Assembly (NCBI GenBank): GCA_963802945.1 | Contig: CAWDKY010000028.1 | Location: 146,196-210,195, forward strand | Length of the DNA: 64,000 bases | Direction of reading: 5' to 3' | DNA from: an uncultured delta proteobacterium | GTDB lineage: Bacteria; Desulfobacterota; RBG-13-43-22 | Part shown: positions 40,270-50,487 of the stretch, piece after piece | Layout of the letters: every line of letters starts with the position of its first letter | How positions within the stretch are numbered: position 1 is the stretch's first letter | Translations under genes and position numbers: made by a program | The notes under the pieces: generated by a model | The model's database searches: none | Seen by the model: only the letters and a program-made list of their open reading frames with translations | What the model was told of the DNA's origin: nothing

Positions 40270-40711
40270 GTCCTACCTTCTCCTGAACAGCCTGGACATT
40301 CCTTATAAAGGACTTTAAAGTATCAAAGGAAAGCACCTCGACAGGAATCTTGTGAAAGGCCAAAAGCTCGTGAAACGCCATTACACAACCGGTGAACTTT
40401 CTAATTGTCTGTGATGTCAGCTTGTCGCGGCCCATTCTGACATGCGTTGCTTTTGCAGTGTGGGCTAAAGACAAAAGAGACCTTCCACTTTCTAGCGGGG
40501 AAATGATTTCTGTATAGAATAGCGATATTGCCAAAATGTCCACAATTTGCTGTTGAGTCGAAACATCCAGTAGCTTAAAAGCCGGGTCCTTCGGGAGGCG
40601 TGATTTTAGCTCATAGTAAGATGAGCGCACCCTGCGACCGAGTACAGTGCCAACTCCATCTGTCAACGCGAAAATCATGCCCATGTCTAACTGAGTGTTT
40701 GTATCATTCAT
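40253..40711 (-). CDS. Hypothetical helical protein (cassette gene 1)
   Basis: 152-aa ORF starting 6 nt after GTTGGGG; overlaps the nuclease-like ORF. Confidence 0.7.
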   Translation of the reverse strand: MNDTNTQLDMGMIFALTDGVGTVLGRRVRSSYYELKSRLPKDPAFKLLDVSTQQQIVDILAISLFYTEIISPLESGRSLLSLAHTAKATHVRMGRDKLTSQTIRKFTGCVMAFHELLAFHKIPVEVLSFDTLKSFIRNVQAVQEKVGHATVD

Positions 40712-40717
40712 AATTTA

Positions 40718-40750
40718 CCCCAACAAGTTATTCTATAATTTTCTGTATAT
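40718..40750 (-). other. attI-like recombination site, copy A
   Basis: Minus strand ATATACAGAAAATTATAGAATAACTTGTTGGGG immediately before the first cassette; no attC hairpin. Confidence 0.55.
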
Positions 40751-40808
40751 CTTTCCATGCTAAGGGGGGCCTTCAAGGGTATAATTAATAGCCATTTATC
40801 TTGAATTA

Positions 40809-41943
40809 TAGTGAACGTCTTAAATAAGTGGACATAAAGATTTTATCTTTTGAGGTTTCCATCGTTGCGACCTTTTAAAGACAGAGACCTCCAGGGTTTC
40901 AAGAGTCTCAAAAAAGGCATTCGTTGTTTCCTCATAGCGCATGGTTCGCCAAAGAGTTTCTTGATAATTCAGCTCCGGATGGTAGGGCGGAAGATAGTGA
41001 AGATGCACTCGACGGTGTTGACTCCGAAAGTGCTCCACCATCTCTCCCCTGTGCCATGGGGCTCGATCTATCCAAAGATCGATACTCTTATCTTTGAAAC
41101 GTATCATGATGCTTTTGAGAAGCCGCATAAAGCCCTCGGTATTGCCCTTCCTCCATTTCATCATGCCATGCAGCCCATCAACGGGAGCGACCCATCCAAA
41201 GAGATTAAGCCGCTTCTGATGTTGGCTCCGGGTGGAGACGTACGGTTGCGTTCCTTTCTTTACCCAGACACGACCCAGCCTCGGATGAAGACTAAACCCG
41301 CTTTCGTCCTCAAACAGAATGATTCTTCTTCCTTCGCTCTTTTCGGCCTGGCGGAGTTTTTTTTAATTCCCTCTGAAATGCCTCTACCCCTTCCTGGGAA
41401 GCCTGAACAAACCGGTACATCGGCTGCCTCAGGGAATACCCCAACTGACGTATCCACCGTTGGGCATGGCGGACATGGATGGTTATGCGATGAAAACGCT
41501 TCAAATATTCCGTCAAGACCACCCCATCCCACCGGACCCGGGCAATGCCATAGTCTTTCGGAGACTTGGACAAGACCACGTCCAGTTCCCTCTTCAAGCG
41601 ATCATCCAAGTGGGAAGGCCGGCCAGGGCGAAATCGATCGCGGACAGCCCCAATTCCCTCCTCGTTGCTCTTATGAATCCATTTCACCACCGTCCACCGG
41701 GTCAACCCGAACAGTTCGGCAACAGCCGTGGATTTCCACCCGGCCAAGAGCAGAAGATAACCGGCGATCCGCATGCCGATCCAAGCTCCCGGAATTTCAT
41801 CGGCCATTCGTAACAAGGTCTCTCGCGTCATCTTTGGGTGATCGAGGCTTAGAGCTTTCATGGCTTTCCTCCCAATGTGATTTTATTGGGAGTCATTATA
41901 GCATGGAATGCACATAATGTCTACTTATTTATGGCGTTAACTA
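40809..41943 (-). mobile_element. IS630-family insertion sequence
   Basis: TIRs TAGTGAACGTCTTAAATAAGTGGACAT / TAGTTAACGCCATAAATAAGTAGACAT; TA duplication at 40807-8 and 41944-5. Confidence 0.92.
40820..41861 (-). CDS. IS630 transposase (HTH orfA plus DDE orfB joined at an A8 run)
   Basis: HTH with RPGRP and W; second frame FEDESGF..., WIDRAPWH, LPPYHPELNYQETLW; T8 at 41357-41364 on + strand. Confidence 0.9.
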
Positions 41944-42099
41944 TAATTGCTCGAAGACATCCCCCCAAACCATATTCCTTTTAAATCATTATCAATAATT
42001 TCCTGAAAGTCTCCTTCAACAGCTTATTCAATCCTTCTGTATATCATGTCATTTTTAAGGTTATATAGAAATGGGAGAATCATTCCTGTGTTACAATTA

Positions 42100-42300
42100 C
42101 TATAACCGGAACGAGGTTTAACATAAAGAGGATCGTAGGCAAAGGGAATAGGTGATGGATTGGATGGATCTTTTGAGACATGGAACTGAGCCATAAATCT
42201 CCTCAAGAACCTGGAAAGGGGCGTAACAATTTTGATAGTATTTCAAGGATAGCATAACCGCTTAATTTGTCAATAAAGTTCCCTGAAAAGAAACCAACTT
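42100..42300 (-). repeat. Diverged ~200 bp direct repeat, copy A (promoter plus leader ORF 42024..42194)
   Basis: TTGACA-16-TATCCT with extended -10 TG (42246-42273, minus), AGGAG RBS, MAQFHVSKDPSNPS. Confidence 0.85.
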
Positions 42301-42360
42301 GATGTCGTCGAGGATTTAATAAATCAAGCGATGTTGGCTGTTGATTCTGGAGGAAAATGT

Positions 42361-44442
42361 TCAAGACGAAGAACTGAATTTAGAGAACAGGGCAAAACGA
42401 TTGAACAGGGAAGTCAATTGAAAGAGTAAGGCCAAACGGTTATTTTTGATTTTTTCATCCGGGGCCATGACCAGAACTTGATCAAAAAAGGCATCGATGG
42501 TCGGACGCAACTGGGCCAAATGGAGAAGGTATTCGGCATACCCTTTTTGCCGGAAAAGACTTTCCAACTCGGCTTGTTTCTCTTGGACTTTTTGGAAGAG
42601 TTCCTTTTCCTGAGGTTCTATTAATAATTCAGGTGTTACCTTTCCGGCGTCAGAAGGAGACATCCCTTTTAAGATATTCAAGGCCCGTTTGCAGCCGATG
42701 GCCAACGATGGAAAATCCGGGTGCTCTTGAAATTCCTGAAGAGCCTGAGTCCGGAGTTTCACTTCACAGAAATCATCCCATTCGGTGGCCAAAACGGCCT
42801 CAATGGTTTCCCTTCCGATTCCTTCACCTTCCAACAAATACTGCAGACGCAAGGCAAAAAAGTCCCGAAGGTTTTGTTTGATGGTTGCGGCCTTTTCTTG
42901 AAACCGTCCTGAATACGGAATTAAGGCCTGTTCCAAGACCTTCTTTAAAGATAGGGGATAGCCTTTATCCCAAAGGATCAGGATAACGGCCTGGGCCTGG
43001 CGGCGTAAGGCATAAGGGTCAGCCGAGCCGGTGGGGATTTGACCCAGGCCGAAAAAACCGACTAAGGTATCCAGACGATCGGCCAAGCCGACCAAGGCCC
43101 CGGTGATCGTCCTGGGCAGGGCACTTCCCACCGAAACCGGCAGATAGTGCTCAAAGATTCCTTGAGCTGTTTCTTCCTCCTCTCCGGATCGTAGTGCATA
43201 TTCCCGGCCCATAATCCCCTGGAGAGTCGGAAACTCCCCTACCATCAGGGAAGTCAGATCGGCTTTGCACAATAGGGCACATCGTCTGATCATAGATTCT
43301 TTTTCCGGGGCCAGATTCCTGGAAAGATAAGCAGCCAGTTCAATAATCCGCTCAACTTTTTCAAAAGAGGTTCCCAAACGGGAATGAAATACCACGGTCT
43401 TCAAGGCGGCAACTTTTTCGGACAGAGGTTTTTTCAAGTCTTCCTTGAAAAAGAATTGGGCGTCAGAAAGGCGGGCCAGTAGGACCTTTTCGTGCCCTTG
43501 GACCACATGGCGGGTATCCTTCACCCGGGTATTGTTGACGGCAATGAAACAAGGGAGCAGGTCACCATGCCCGTCGACCATGGGGAAATAGCGCTGATGC
43601 TCCTTCATGGAGGTAATCAGGACTTCGGGAGGTAATTTTAAAAAGTCAGGATCAAATCGACCGCAAACCGGTTCTGGAAATTCAATCAGAAAATTGACTT
43701 CCTGAACTAATTCGGGATCGGCCAAAACCCGGCCCTTGAATTGGCCGGCCAAGGCCTCAACGGATTTCTGTAGCAGATCTTCCCGTTCTTTAGGGTCCAC
43801 AATGACCTGAGCCTGGCGGAGTTGCGATACATAATCCCCCGCTCCCTTGAGGGATATTGCCTCAGGGGCCATAAAACGATGCCCATAAGTCTGGTGGCCG
43901 GAGGAAATACCTTCCAAAGAAAAAGGGATCACCCGGTCCCCCAAAAGGGCAACGATCCAATGAATAGGGCGGGCAAAACGAAAAGATGAATTTCCCCAAC
44001 GCATAAATTTAGGAAAAGGCAAATCTATAATCAATTGAGGCAGAAGTTCAGACAAGACCACAGCCGCTGGAAGTCCTTTGATGATCTTTGTTAGGCCCAG
44101 ATAAACCCCTTTGGGGGTTTCAATGAATTCCAATTCCTCAACATTCACCCCTTTGGCCTTGGCGAAACCAAGGGCGACTTTGGTTGGACGGCCGTCCAAT
44201 GAAAAAGCCGCCTGTTTCGGAGGACCCATAATATTTTCCGTCTTATCCGATTGAAAAGGGGGAAGGCCGAAAATCAAAAGAGCCAGCCTTCGAGGCGTGC
44301 CGACGGTCTTTATTTCCCGGTGTTGGAGACGGGATTGTTGGAATCGCTCCTGGGCCAATTCTTTCATGGCCTCCAACGCCCCAGGGATAAAACGGGCCGG
44401 AATTTCTTCGGTCCCGATTTCGAACAATAAATCTTGTTCCAT
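42361..44442 (-). CDS. glyS: Glycine--tRNA ligase beta subunit
   Basis: LLFEIGTEEIP, TPRRL, F.RPIHW, GEFPTLQG.MG..YA, DPYALRR, NRLALL. Confidence 0.97.
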   Translation of the reverse strand: MEQDLLFEIGTEEIPARFIPGALEAMKELAQERFQQSRLQHREIKTVGTPRRLALLIFGLPPFQSDKTENIMGPPKQAAFSLDGRPTKVALGFAKAKGVNVEELEFIETPKGVYLGLTKIIKGLPAAVVLSELLPQLIIDLPFPKFMRWGNSSFRFARPIHWIVALLGDRVIPFSLEGISSGHQTYGHRFMAPEAISLKGAGDYVSQLRQAQVIVDPKEREDLLQKSVEALAGQFKGRVLADPELVQEVNFLIEFPEPVCGRFDPDFLKLPPEVLITSMKEHQRYFPMVDGHGDLLPCFIAVNNTRVKDTRHVVQGHEKVLLARLSDAQFFFKEDLKKPLSEKVAALKTVVFHSRLGTSFEKVERIIELAAYLSRNLAPEKESMIRRCALLCKADLTSLMVGEFPTLQGIMGREYALRSGEEEETAQGIFEHYLPVSVGSALPRTITGALVGLADRLDTLVGFFGLGQIPTGSADPYALRRQAQAVILILWDKGYPLSLKKVLEQALIPYSGRFQEKAATIKQNLRDFFALRLQYLLEGEGIGRETIEAVLATEWDDFCEVKLRTQALQEFQEHPDFPSLAIGCKRALNILKGMSPSDAGKVTPELLIEPQEKELFQKVQEKQAELESLFRQKGYAEYLLHLAQLRPTIDAFFDQVLVMAPDEKIKNNRLALLFQLTSLFNRFALFSKFSSSS

Positions 44443-44566
44443 AAGCCTCTTTCTTAAATGAAATGATACACGATACAAAATCCAGGATGCAGGATAAATG
44501 TAAAAATTAGGTAGCCTTTTCCCTTCATCACGAATCTGTTATTTTGTATCTTGCATCTCTTGCATA

Positions 44567-45445
44567 TCAGGCATCCTGATTAAGTAACGGAAACCCTAGG
44601 GCCTCTCTCTGGGAAAGATATTCCTGAGCCACTGCTCGGGCCATTTCCCGAATCCTTCCAATATATCCGGTCCTCTCCGTAACGCTGATGGCCCCCCGGG
44701 CGTCCAGGATATTAAACACATGAGAGCATTTAAGACAGAAATCATAAGACGGACGGGGCAAGTTCATGGCCGTTAACCTTTTGCTTTCCTGCTCATAAGA
44801 AATAAAAAGAGTTCTCAACTGTTCTACATCAGCCTGGTCAAAATTATAGGTTGAAAATTCAAATTCGTCTTGGTGATGGATTTCACCGTAAGAGATCCGG
44901 TCATTCCATTTCAGATCAAAGACGTTGTCCTTCTCCTGAATATACATGGCAATCCGTTCCAAGCCGTAAGTTAGTTCAACCGAAATGGATGACAGGTCAA
45001 TGCCACCGCATTGTTGAAAGTAAGTAAATTGGGTGATCTCCATTCCATCCAACCAGACCTCCCAACCCAGGCCCCAGGCCCCAAGTGTCGGTGATTCCCA
45101 GTCGTCTTCCACAAATCTCAGGTCGTGTTCCAGGGGATGTAGGCCAAAGCTCTCCAAACTTTTTAAATAAAGGTCCTGCACCTCCAGGGGAGAAGGTTTC
45201 AGGATAACCTGATATTGATAGTAATGTTGTAACCGATTAGGGTTTTCGCCATAACGACCGTCGGTCGGGCGTCTGGAAGGCTCCACATAAGCGGCTTTCC
45301 AGGGTTCCGGACCCAAGACCCTCAGAAAAGTGGCCGGGTGAAAAGTCCCAGCCCCGACTTCCAGATCATAGGGTTGTAAAAGCAGACATCCCTGTTTGGC
45401 CCAATAGCCGTTCAGGGCTTCAATTAATTCTTGAAAGGTTAGCAC
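44567..45445 (-). CDS. glyQ: Glycine--tRNA ligase alpha subunit
   Basis: [33 protein letters not shown]. Confidence 0.98.
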   Translation of the reverse strand: MLTFQELIEALNGYWAKQGCLLLQPYDLEVGAGTFHPATFLRVLGPEPWKAAYVEPSRRPTDGRYGENPNRLQHYYQYQVILKPSPLEVQDLYLKSLESFGLHPLEHDLRFVEDDWESPTLGAWGLGWEVWLDGMEITQFTYFQQCGGIDLSSISVELTYGLERIAMYIQEKDNVFDLKWNDRISYGEIHHQDEFEFSTYNFDQADVEQLRTLFISYEQESKRLTAMNLPRPSYDFCLKCSHVFNILDARGAISVTERTGYIGRIREMARAVAQEYLSQREALGFPLLNQDA

Positions 45446-45524
45446 ATAACCTCCTATTTTTATTTATAGTTTAAGGATCAAATTGAAGATCACGTTGCTT
45501 TCAGCTTTGAGCTGGCCTCTATGG

Positions 45525-46287
45525 TCATCCATAGATTTCCTGGATTTGTTTAAGATATCGGGCCGATCCCAGTTCCTTTCCCATAATTTGGCAATTAAAG
45601 GACTGCAAGAGGTCTTCAATTTCTCCCCTGATTGCTTGGGTAAAGCGAACCCGAAAAACATTGGGCAACTGCATGTTCATAGACTGGCGAATACTTTGAA
45701 CCGCACCGGGTGACAATCGAATCCCATTTTCTCCCTTAAGGCAGTTTGGGCAGAATACCCCTCCCCTGGACAAAGAAAAGAAAGGATCAGGAATCTCCTC
45801 GATTTTTTTGCCGCAACTAAGGCAGGAGTTTAGATAAGAGGGCGTACCCAGCTAATTGAAGCAAGCGGATCTGAAAAATATAAAAGATGTCCTGCTCCTC
45901 CTTTTCCTGTTCCAGAACACGCAAGGATTCCCGAAACAACTTAAATACCGATGGATTTGGATCCCCGATGGCAAACAGTTCTTTGGTCATTTCACAGCAA
46001 TAAGCGGCCTGCCCCCATTTTCTAAAATCCTTATGAATTCCCTGGAAAGGTTCGATCAATTCTCCCTGATCGATGCGAACCAGGGAAACATTTTGTTTTT
46101 CAAAGAGGTTCAAACGAACCCAGTTTAACGGCTCTAAACAATGAACAAAACGCTTTTTGCTCTTTTTGGCCCCTTTGGCAATCCCCATCATCCTTCCCCA
46201 TTGGGAAGAAAAAAATTCAACAATCAGGTCAGCCTCACCATAGAGTTTGACCTGAAGGATAATGGCTTCGACAACCTTGCTTGGCAT
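45525..46287 (-). CDS. recO: DNA repair protein RecO (frameshift near 45835)
   Basis: YGEADLIV, AKGAKKSKKRF, zinc-finger CxxC...GGVFCPNC in the shifted frame; recO-glyQS order. Confidence 0.9.
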
Positions 46288-46316
46288 ATCTAAAGAAGGT
46301 CCAATCTGCAGATTGG

Positions 46317-47609
46317 TTAGGGGTAAAGTCGGTATAAGGTCCTGGGAAAGGGTATGGTTTCGCGCACATGTTTTAATCCGCAAATCCAAGCCACGGTTCG
46401 TTCCAAACCCAGCCCAAATCCACCATGGGGGACAGTACCAAAACGTCGAAGATCGAGATACCATTCAAGATCTTTTTCAGAAAGGTTCTGTTCTTTGATC
46501 CTCTCCAAAAGACGTTCCAAGTCATCCTCCCTCTCTGACCCTCCAATGATTTCACCATATCCTTCCGGAGCCAGAATGTCCATATTCATGACCAATCTTT
46601 GATCTTGAGGGTCCCTCTTCATATAAAAAGCCTTACAAACAGCTGGATAGCGGTGGATGATGACCGGCTTTTCAAATTCAGAAGCGATCAGGGTCTCTTC
46701 GTCGCCTCCAAGATCATCCCCGAACGAAATGGATAACCCTTTTTTCCCAAGTAGTTCCAATGCCTGGTTATAGCTCAAACGCGGGAAAGGTGGCTTAATC
46801 CTTTCCAGAAAGGTAACATCCCTTTCCAGGAGTTTAAGTTCTTCAAGCCGTTTCTCTAATACTCGGGCGATCATAAAAGAGATCAATTGTTCAGACCAGT
46901 AAATCAATTCTTCGAGGTCGGCAAAAGCAATCTCCGGCTCAACCATCCAGAATTCGGTCAGATGTCGACGGGTCTTAGATTTTTCAGCCCTGAAGGACGG
47001 GCCGAAACAATAAACCCGACTAAAGGCCATGGCACCGGCCTCCATATATAACTGGCCGCTTTGTGAAAGATAGGCGTTTCCTTGATCAAAATAGGAGGTG
47101 CTGAAAAGCGTGCTCGTTCCCTCGCAGGCTGCCGGGGTCAATATCGGTGCATCCAGGTGAATAAAATGGTGAGAATCCAGGAAGTCATAAATCGCCTTCG
47201 ACAACTCATGTCTGATCCAAAGGATGGCCTGCTGGCGGGCCGCACGCAGCCAGAGATGGCGGTGTTCCATCAAAAAGGCAGTACCATGTTCTTTAGGTGA
47301 AATCGGATAGTCCTGGGTGATCTGAAAGACAGAAAGACTTTGGATCTCTAATTCCACTCCTTGCGGTGCACGAGAATCATCATGTAAAATCCCGGTTACA
47401 AGCAGGGAGGTTTCCTGAGTTAATTGATCAAAGGCTTGAAAAATCTCAGTGGGGAGCTTGTTCTTTAACAGGATGGCCTGTAGGATTCCAGTGCCATCCC
47501 TGAGGATCAAAAAACGCACCTGGCCACTGGAGCGTTTGTGGACCAGCCAGCCACGGATGGTCACTTCTTCTCCAAGGTATTGGCGGCACTGAGAAATAAG
47601 GACGTTCAT
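46317..47609 (-). CDS. asnS: Asparagine--tRNA ligase
   Basis: CEGTSTLF, YLSQSGQLY, FRAEKSKTRRHLTEFWMVEPE, YGEIIGGSERE, PHGGFGLGLER. Confidence 0.95.
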   Translation of the reverse strand: MNVLISQCRQYLGEEVTIRGWLVHKRSSGQVRFLILRDGTGILQAILLKNKLPTEIFQAFDQLTQETSLLVTGILHDDSRAPQGVELEIQSLSVFQITQDYPISPKEHGTAFLMEHRHLWLRAARQQAILWIRHELSKAIYDFLDSHHFIHLDAPILTPAACEGTSTLFSTSYFDQGNAYLSQSGQLYMEAGAMAFSRVYCFGPSFRAEKSKTRRHLTEFWMVEPEIAFADLEELIYWSEQLISFMIARVLEKRLEELKLLERDVTFLERIKPPFPRLSYNQALELLGKKGLSISFGDDLGGDEETLIASEFEKPVIIHRYPAVCKAFYMKRDPQDQRLVMNMDILAPEGYGEIIGGSEREDDLERLLERIKEQNLSEKDLEWYLDLRRFGTVPHGGFGLGLERTVAWICGLKHVRETIPFPRTLYRLYP

Positions 47610-47626
47610 AGCCTTTTGAAGTCTGA

Positions 47627-48577
47627 TCAAAGAAGAACTTTGATATAAGAACGATCCTTTATTTTTTGAAGCCACTGGACAAAGCGCTGGTCCACTTCTT
47701 CTTGAAAAAGCTGTTCTTGTATCCGTCCCCTGACTTCATCAAAGCTGATTTCTTTAGCTCCCTTAATGTCAATCAACTTTATGATCTGCCACCCGTTCGG
47801 GGACTGGATGACCGAACTGAACTCCCCTGGCTTCAAACCGGATATCACTTTTTGAAGAGCCGGCTCAATCTCTTCTAAAACAAACATCCCCAGATCCCCT
47901 CCTTGAGTTGCAGAGGGATCCTGGGAAAACTTTCTCGCCAGTTCTGCGAAGTCCTCTCCTTTTTTAAGTCGCCCTAGGATTTCTTCGCCATTCTTTTTTT
48001 GTCTCGCTATCTCCTCGGGAGAGCTTTTTTCAGAGATGGTCAATAAGATATGGGCCAGATGAACCCCTTCCGTCTTTTGGAATTTGGATTTATTCTTTTG
48101 ATAATATTCCTTTATTCGGTCCTCAGGGATGACAATTTTGCTCCCGATTTCCCGGCTGATGAGTCTATATCGTAGGATTTGTTCCTTGATTTTATTTCGA
48201 AATTCGGCCTCAGATAATCCTTCCTTAAGTAACGCCGCCGAAAAAACTTCCGGGCTGTTAATCCCTTGTTCTTGTTTGATCCTGGCAATTGCTTTATCTA
48301 CCTCATCGGAAGCAATTTGAATGCCTAATCGTTTTATTTGCATGTCCACCAACTTCTGGTCTATTAAATGAAATAAAACCTGTTTTTGAAATTCCTCCTG
48401 TTCTCCTTTTCCCGTGACCGAGGACCTATAATTTTTTAGGGCCTTTTCCAATTCGTGAAAAGTAATGATTTCATTGTTCACTATGGCCACAATCCGGTTG
48501 ACCTCCTGGGTGTGGGCTAACCCGCCGCCTATCACTAGGTACAATATAACCAAAAAAGAACTGATTTTCTTTTTCAT
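47627..48577 (-). CDS. surA: SurA-like peptidyl-prolyl isomerase
   Basis: NRIVAIVNNEIIT SurA_N region, parvulin motifs AHIL, F.ELARKFSQD, GGDLG. Confidence 0.82.
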   Translation of the reverse strand: MKKKISSFLVILYLVIGGGLAHTQEVNRIVAIVNNEIITFHELEKALKNYRSSVTGKGEQEEFQKQVLFHLIDQKLVDMQIKRLGIQIASDEVDKAIARIKQEQGINSPEVFSAALLKEGLSEAEFRNKIKEQILRYRLISREIGSKIVIPEDRIKEYYQKNKSKFQKTEGVHLAHILLTISEKSSPEEIARQKKNGEEILGRLKKGEDFAELARKFSQDPSATQGGDLGMFVLEEIEPALQKVISGLKPGEFSSVIQSPNGWQIIKLIDIKGAKEISFDEVRGRIQEQLFQEEVDQRFVQWLQKIKDRSYIKVLL

Positions 48578-48588
48578 CTCTCGCCTTT

Positions 48589-48619
48589 AAAAAAGAATGC
48601 CCTGGACGTCAGGGCATTC
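48589..48619 (-). terminator. Rho-independent terminator after the CBS/ACT gene
   Basis: GAATGCCCTG-loop-CAGGGCATTC perfect stem followed by T6 on the minus strand. Confidence 0.8.
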
Positions 48620-48649
48620 AGGAGTATTTTCAACAAGGAAAGGCCAAGA

Positions 48650-49285
48650 TTATTCTTCAATCTCATAGCCGGCTTTTTTAAGTTCGGCCGTCACCTTGGC
48701 TTTGTTGTCCGGTTTGATTCGAACATAGATTCGCTTCAGGTCAGAGGTTCTTTTATCTGAGGAAAATATACTGACGATGGTCACTCCCAGTTTCTCAACA
48801 ACGGACACGATCTTCCCGATAGTTCCGAGCTGGAGGTCCACATTCTCCAGGTGAATAATTTCTTCCTTGGCATTCATTCCGAACAACTGCAGCATGGACT
48901 GGGAAATTTCGGTTTCAGTTACAATCCCCACTAATTCCCCATGATCGTCCACTACAGGAAATCCGCCGATATCGTGTTTCATTCCCAAGGCAATGGCATC
49001 GGCTACAAAATCTTCCGGAGAAACAGTGATGACATTTTTTTTCATCAGGTCTTTGACCTTCATCTTCATAATCAGGTAATTTAATTCATAGATACTCAAG
49101 GAGGTGGCGGAAGAAGGAGCAGCCTCGATAAGGTTGCGAAAGGTGACTATGCCCACCAGTTTCCCTTTTTCGATCACCGGCAGACGTCTAATCTTGTTTT
49201 CTTGCATAATTTTCTGGGCTTCGATCGCTAACGTATTCGGAGTAACCGTAATCGGATCCTTCGTCATGTAATATTTGATTTTCAT
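48650..49285 (-). CDS. CBS and ACT domain protein (AcuB-like)
   Basis: CBS pair with SSATSLSIYELNYL and a C-terminal ACT-like domain. Confidence 0.88.
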   Translation of the reverse strand: MKIKYYMTKDPITVTPNTLAIEAQKIMQENKIRRLPVIEKGKLVGIVTFRNLIEAAPSSATSLSIYELNYLIMKMKVKDLMKKNVITVSPEDFVADAIALGMKHDIGGFPVVDDHGELVGIVTETEISQSMLQLFGMNAKEEIIHLENVDLQLGTIGKIVSVVEKLGVTIVSIFSSDKRTSDLKRIYVRIKPDNKAKVTAELKKAGYEIEE

Positions 49286-49427
49286 GTCAACCCTCCTTGT
49301 TCATCAGGCCTCAAAGCCAGGATTATCAGACTACCGAATAAACCTGCCTTCCTATGATTCAAGTAATTATCAGATTTATATCCCCCGGTCAATAACAAAA
49401 AGGGATTCTTTGCCTTCAGAAATAAGG

Positions 49428-50078
49428 TCATACGGCAAAAAACTTCTTGGCCGGCAATTCGACGCAGGTGAGTTTATTTCCATAGGTCGCTCCGGTATCA
49501 ATACCAATTTTTTGTTTATAAATAAAAGGTTGTTGGAATGGGGTGTGCCCAAAAATGATCGTTTTCCCAAAGTCGAATTTGGAAAAATAAAAATCTTCCC
49601 GAATCCAAAGGAGATCCAAAAGTGCCTGACGCTCTATCGGAACCCCATCCCTGAGGCCAGCATGAACAAAGATATAATCTTCCAGTTCATAATAGGGGGA
49701 CAGTGAATAAAAAAATTCCAGATGTTCATTGGGAAAATCTACTTTCAGATCTGGTTCGGAAAAGAGCCCATTCTCGCCGAAATAGCTGTTCAAAGTTTTT
49801 TTCCCTCCATTAACCAGAAAGGGATTGATATTTCCCCCATTGAGGTAGTCCAATAACATCTGTTCATGATTCCCTAAAAGAAAGACAGTCGATGGCAGTT
49901 GTTTTTTAAGGTTAATCAGGTAATCCACCACTTCTTTGGATTGATCTCCTCGATCTATATAATCACCTAAAAAAACTAGGATATCTTTTTCGGGATTAAT
50001 TTTGAGTTGCTCCATGAGTGTGATGAGTTTGTTGTAACAACCGTGGATATCGCCGAAAGCTAAAATTTTCTCCATCAT
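49428..50078 (-). CDS. Ser/Thr protein phosphatase-type metallophosphoesterase
   Basis: GDIHG, GDYIDRG, GNHE, VHAG, FGHTP, IDTG. Confidence 0.93.
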   Translation of the reverse strand: MMEKILAFGDIHGCYNKLITLMEQLKINPEKDILVFLGDYIDRGDQSKEVVDYLINLKKQLPSTVFLLGNHEQMLLDYLNGGNINPFLVNGGKKTLNSYFGENGLFSEPDLKVDFPNEHLEFFYSLSPYYELEDYIFVHAGLRDGVPIERQALLDLLWIREDFYFSKFDFGKTIIFGHTPFQQPFIYKQKIGIDTGATYGNKLTCVELPAKKFFAV

Positions 50079-50487
50079 TCACTGCCCCCTGTTCTTCGTC
50101 TTTTACGCTGATCTATTTGATAAAGACCGGCTTTAACAGCCCATCCCAAGGCCTGCGTGATCTCTTTGTCAAGAACCAGCGGTTGATTTTGCGAATCTCC
50201 TAGGCCTCATCGGCTTTTTGTTGTAACGGACCGAATTTAAATTCTTTTTAATAAGAAGGTGCCATCCTGGTCTTCCTTAAAACGACCTAATATTTTAAAT
50301 TTATCACAAATTGGGATCGGGGAAAAGTGAAAAGGACATTTTCTATTTCTTTTTAAAGACTTATTTGTTGACTTTTTATTTGATTTTGGTTGATTTTTTA
50401 GAGGCTTTATTATAATAACATTATAGAAGAGTCCCATCCTAGTATTTAAACCTTTTCCAGATTTCAAGAGGGAATGGAGGCTATTAG

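Noticed and set aside
40850-41917. 355-aa ORF on + strand as a possible integron integrase
   Set aside because: It is the antisense shadow of the IS630 transposase, lies within the TIRs and lacks tyrosine recombinase R-H-R-Y motifs
50080-50290. Possible small gene upstream of the phosphatase
   Set aside because: Candidate frames contain stops and no recognisable motif
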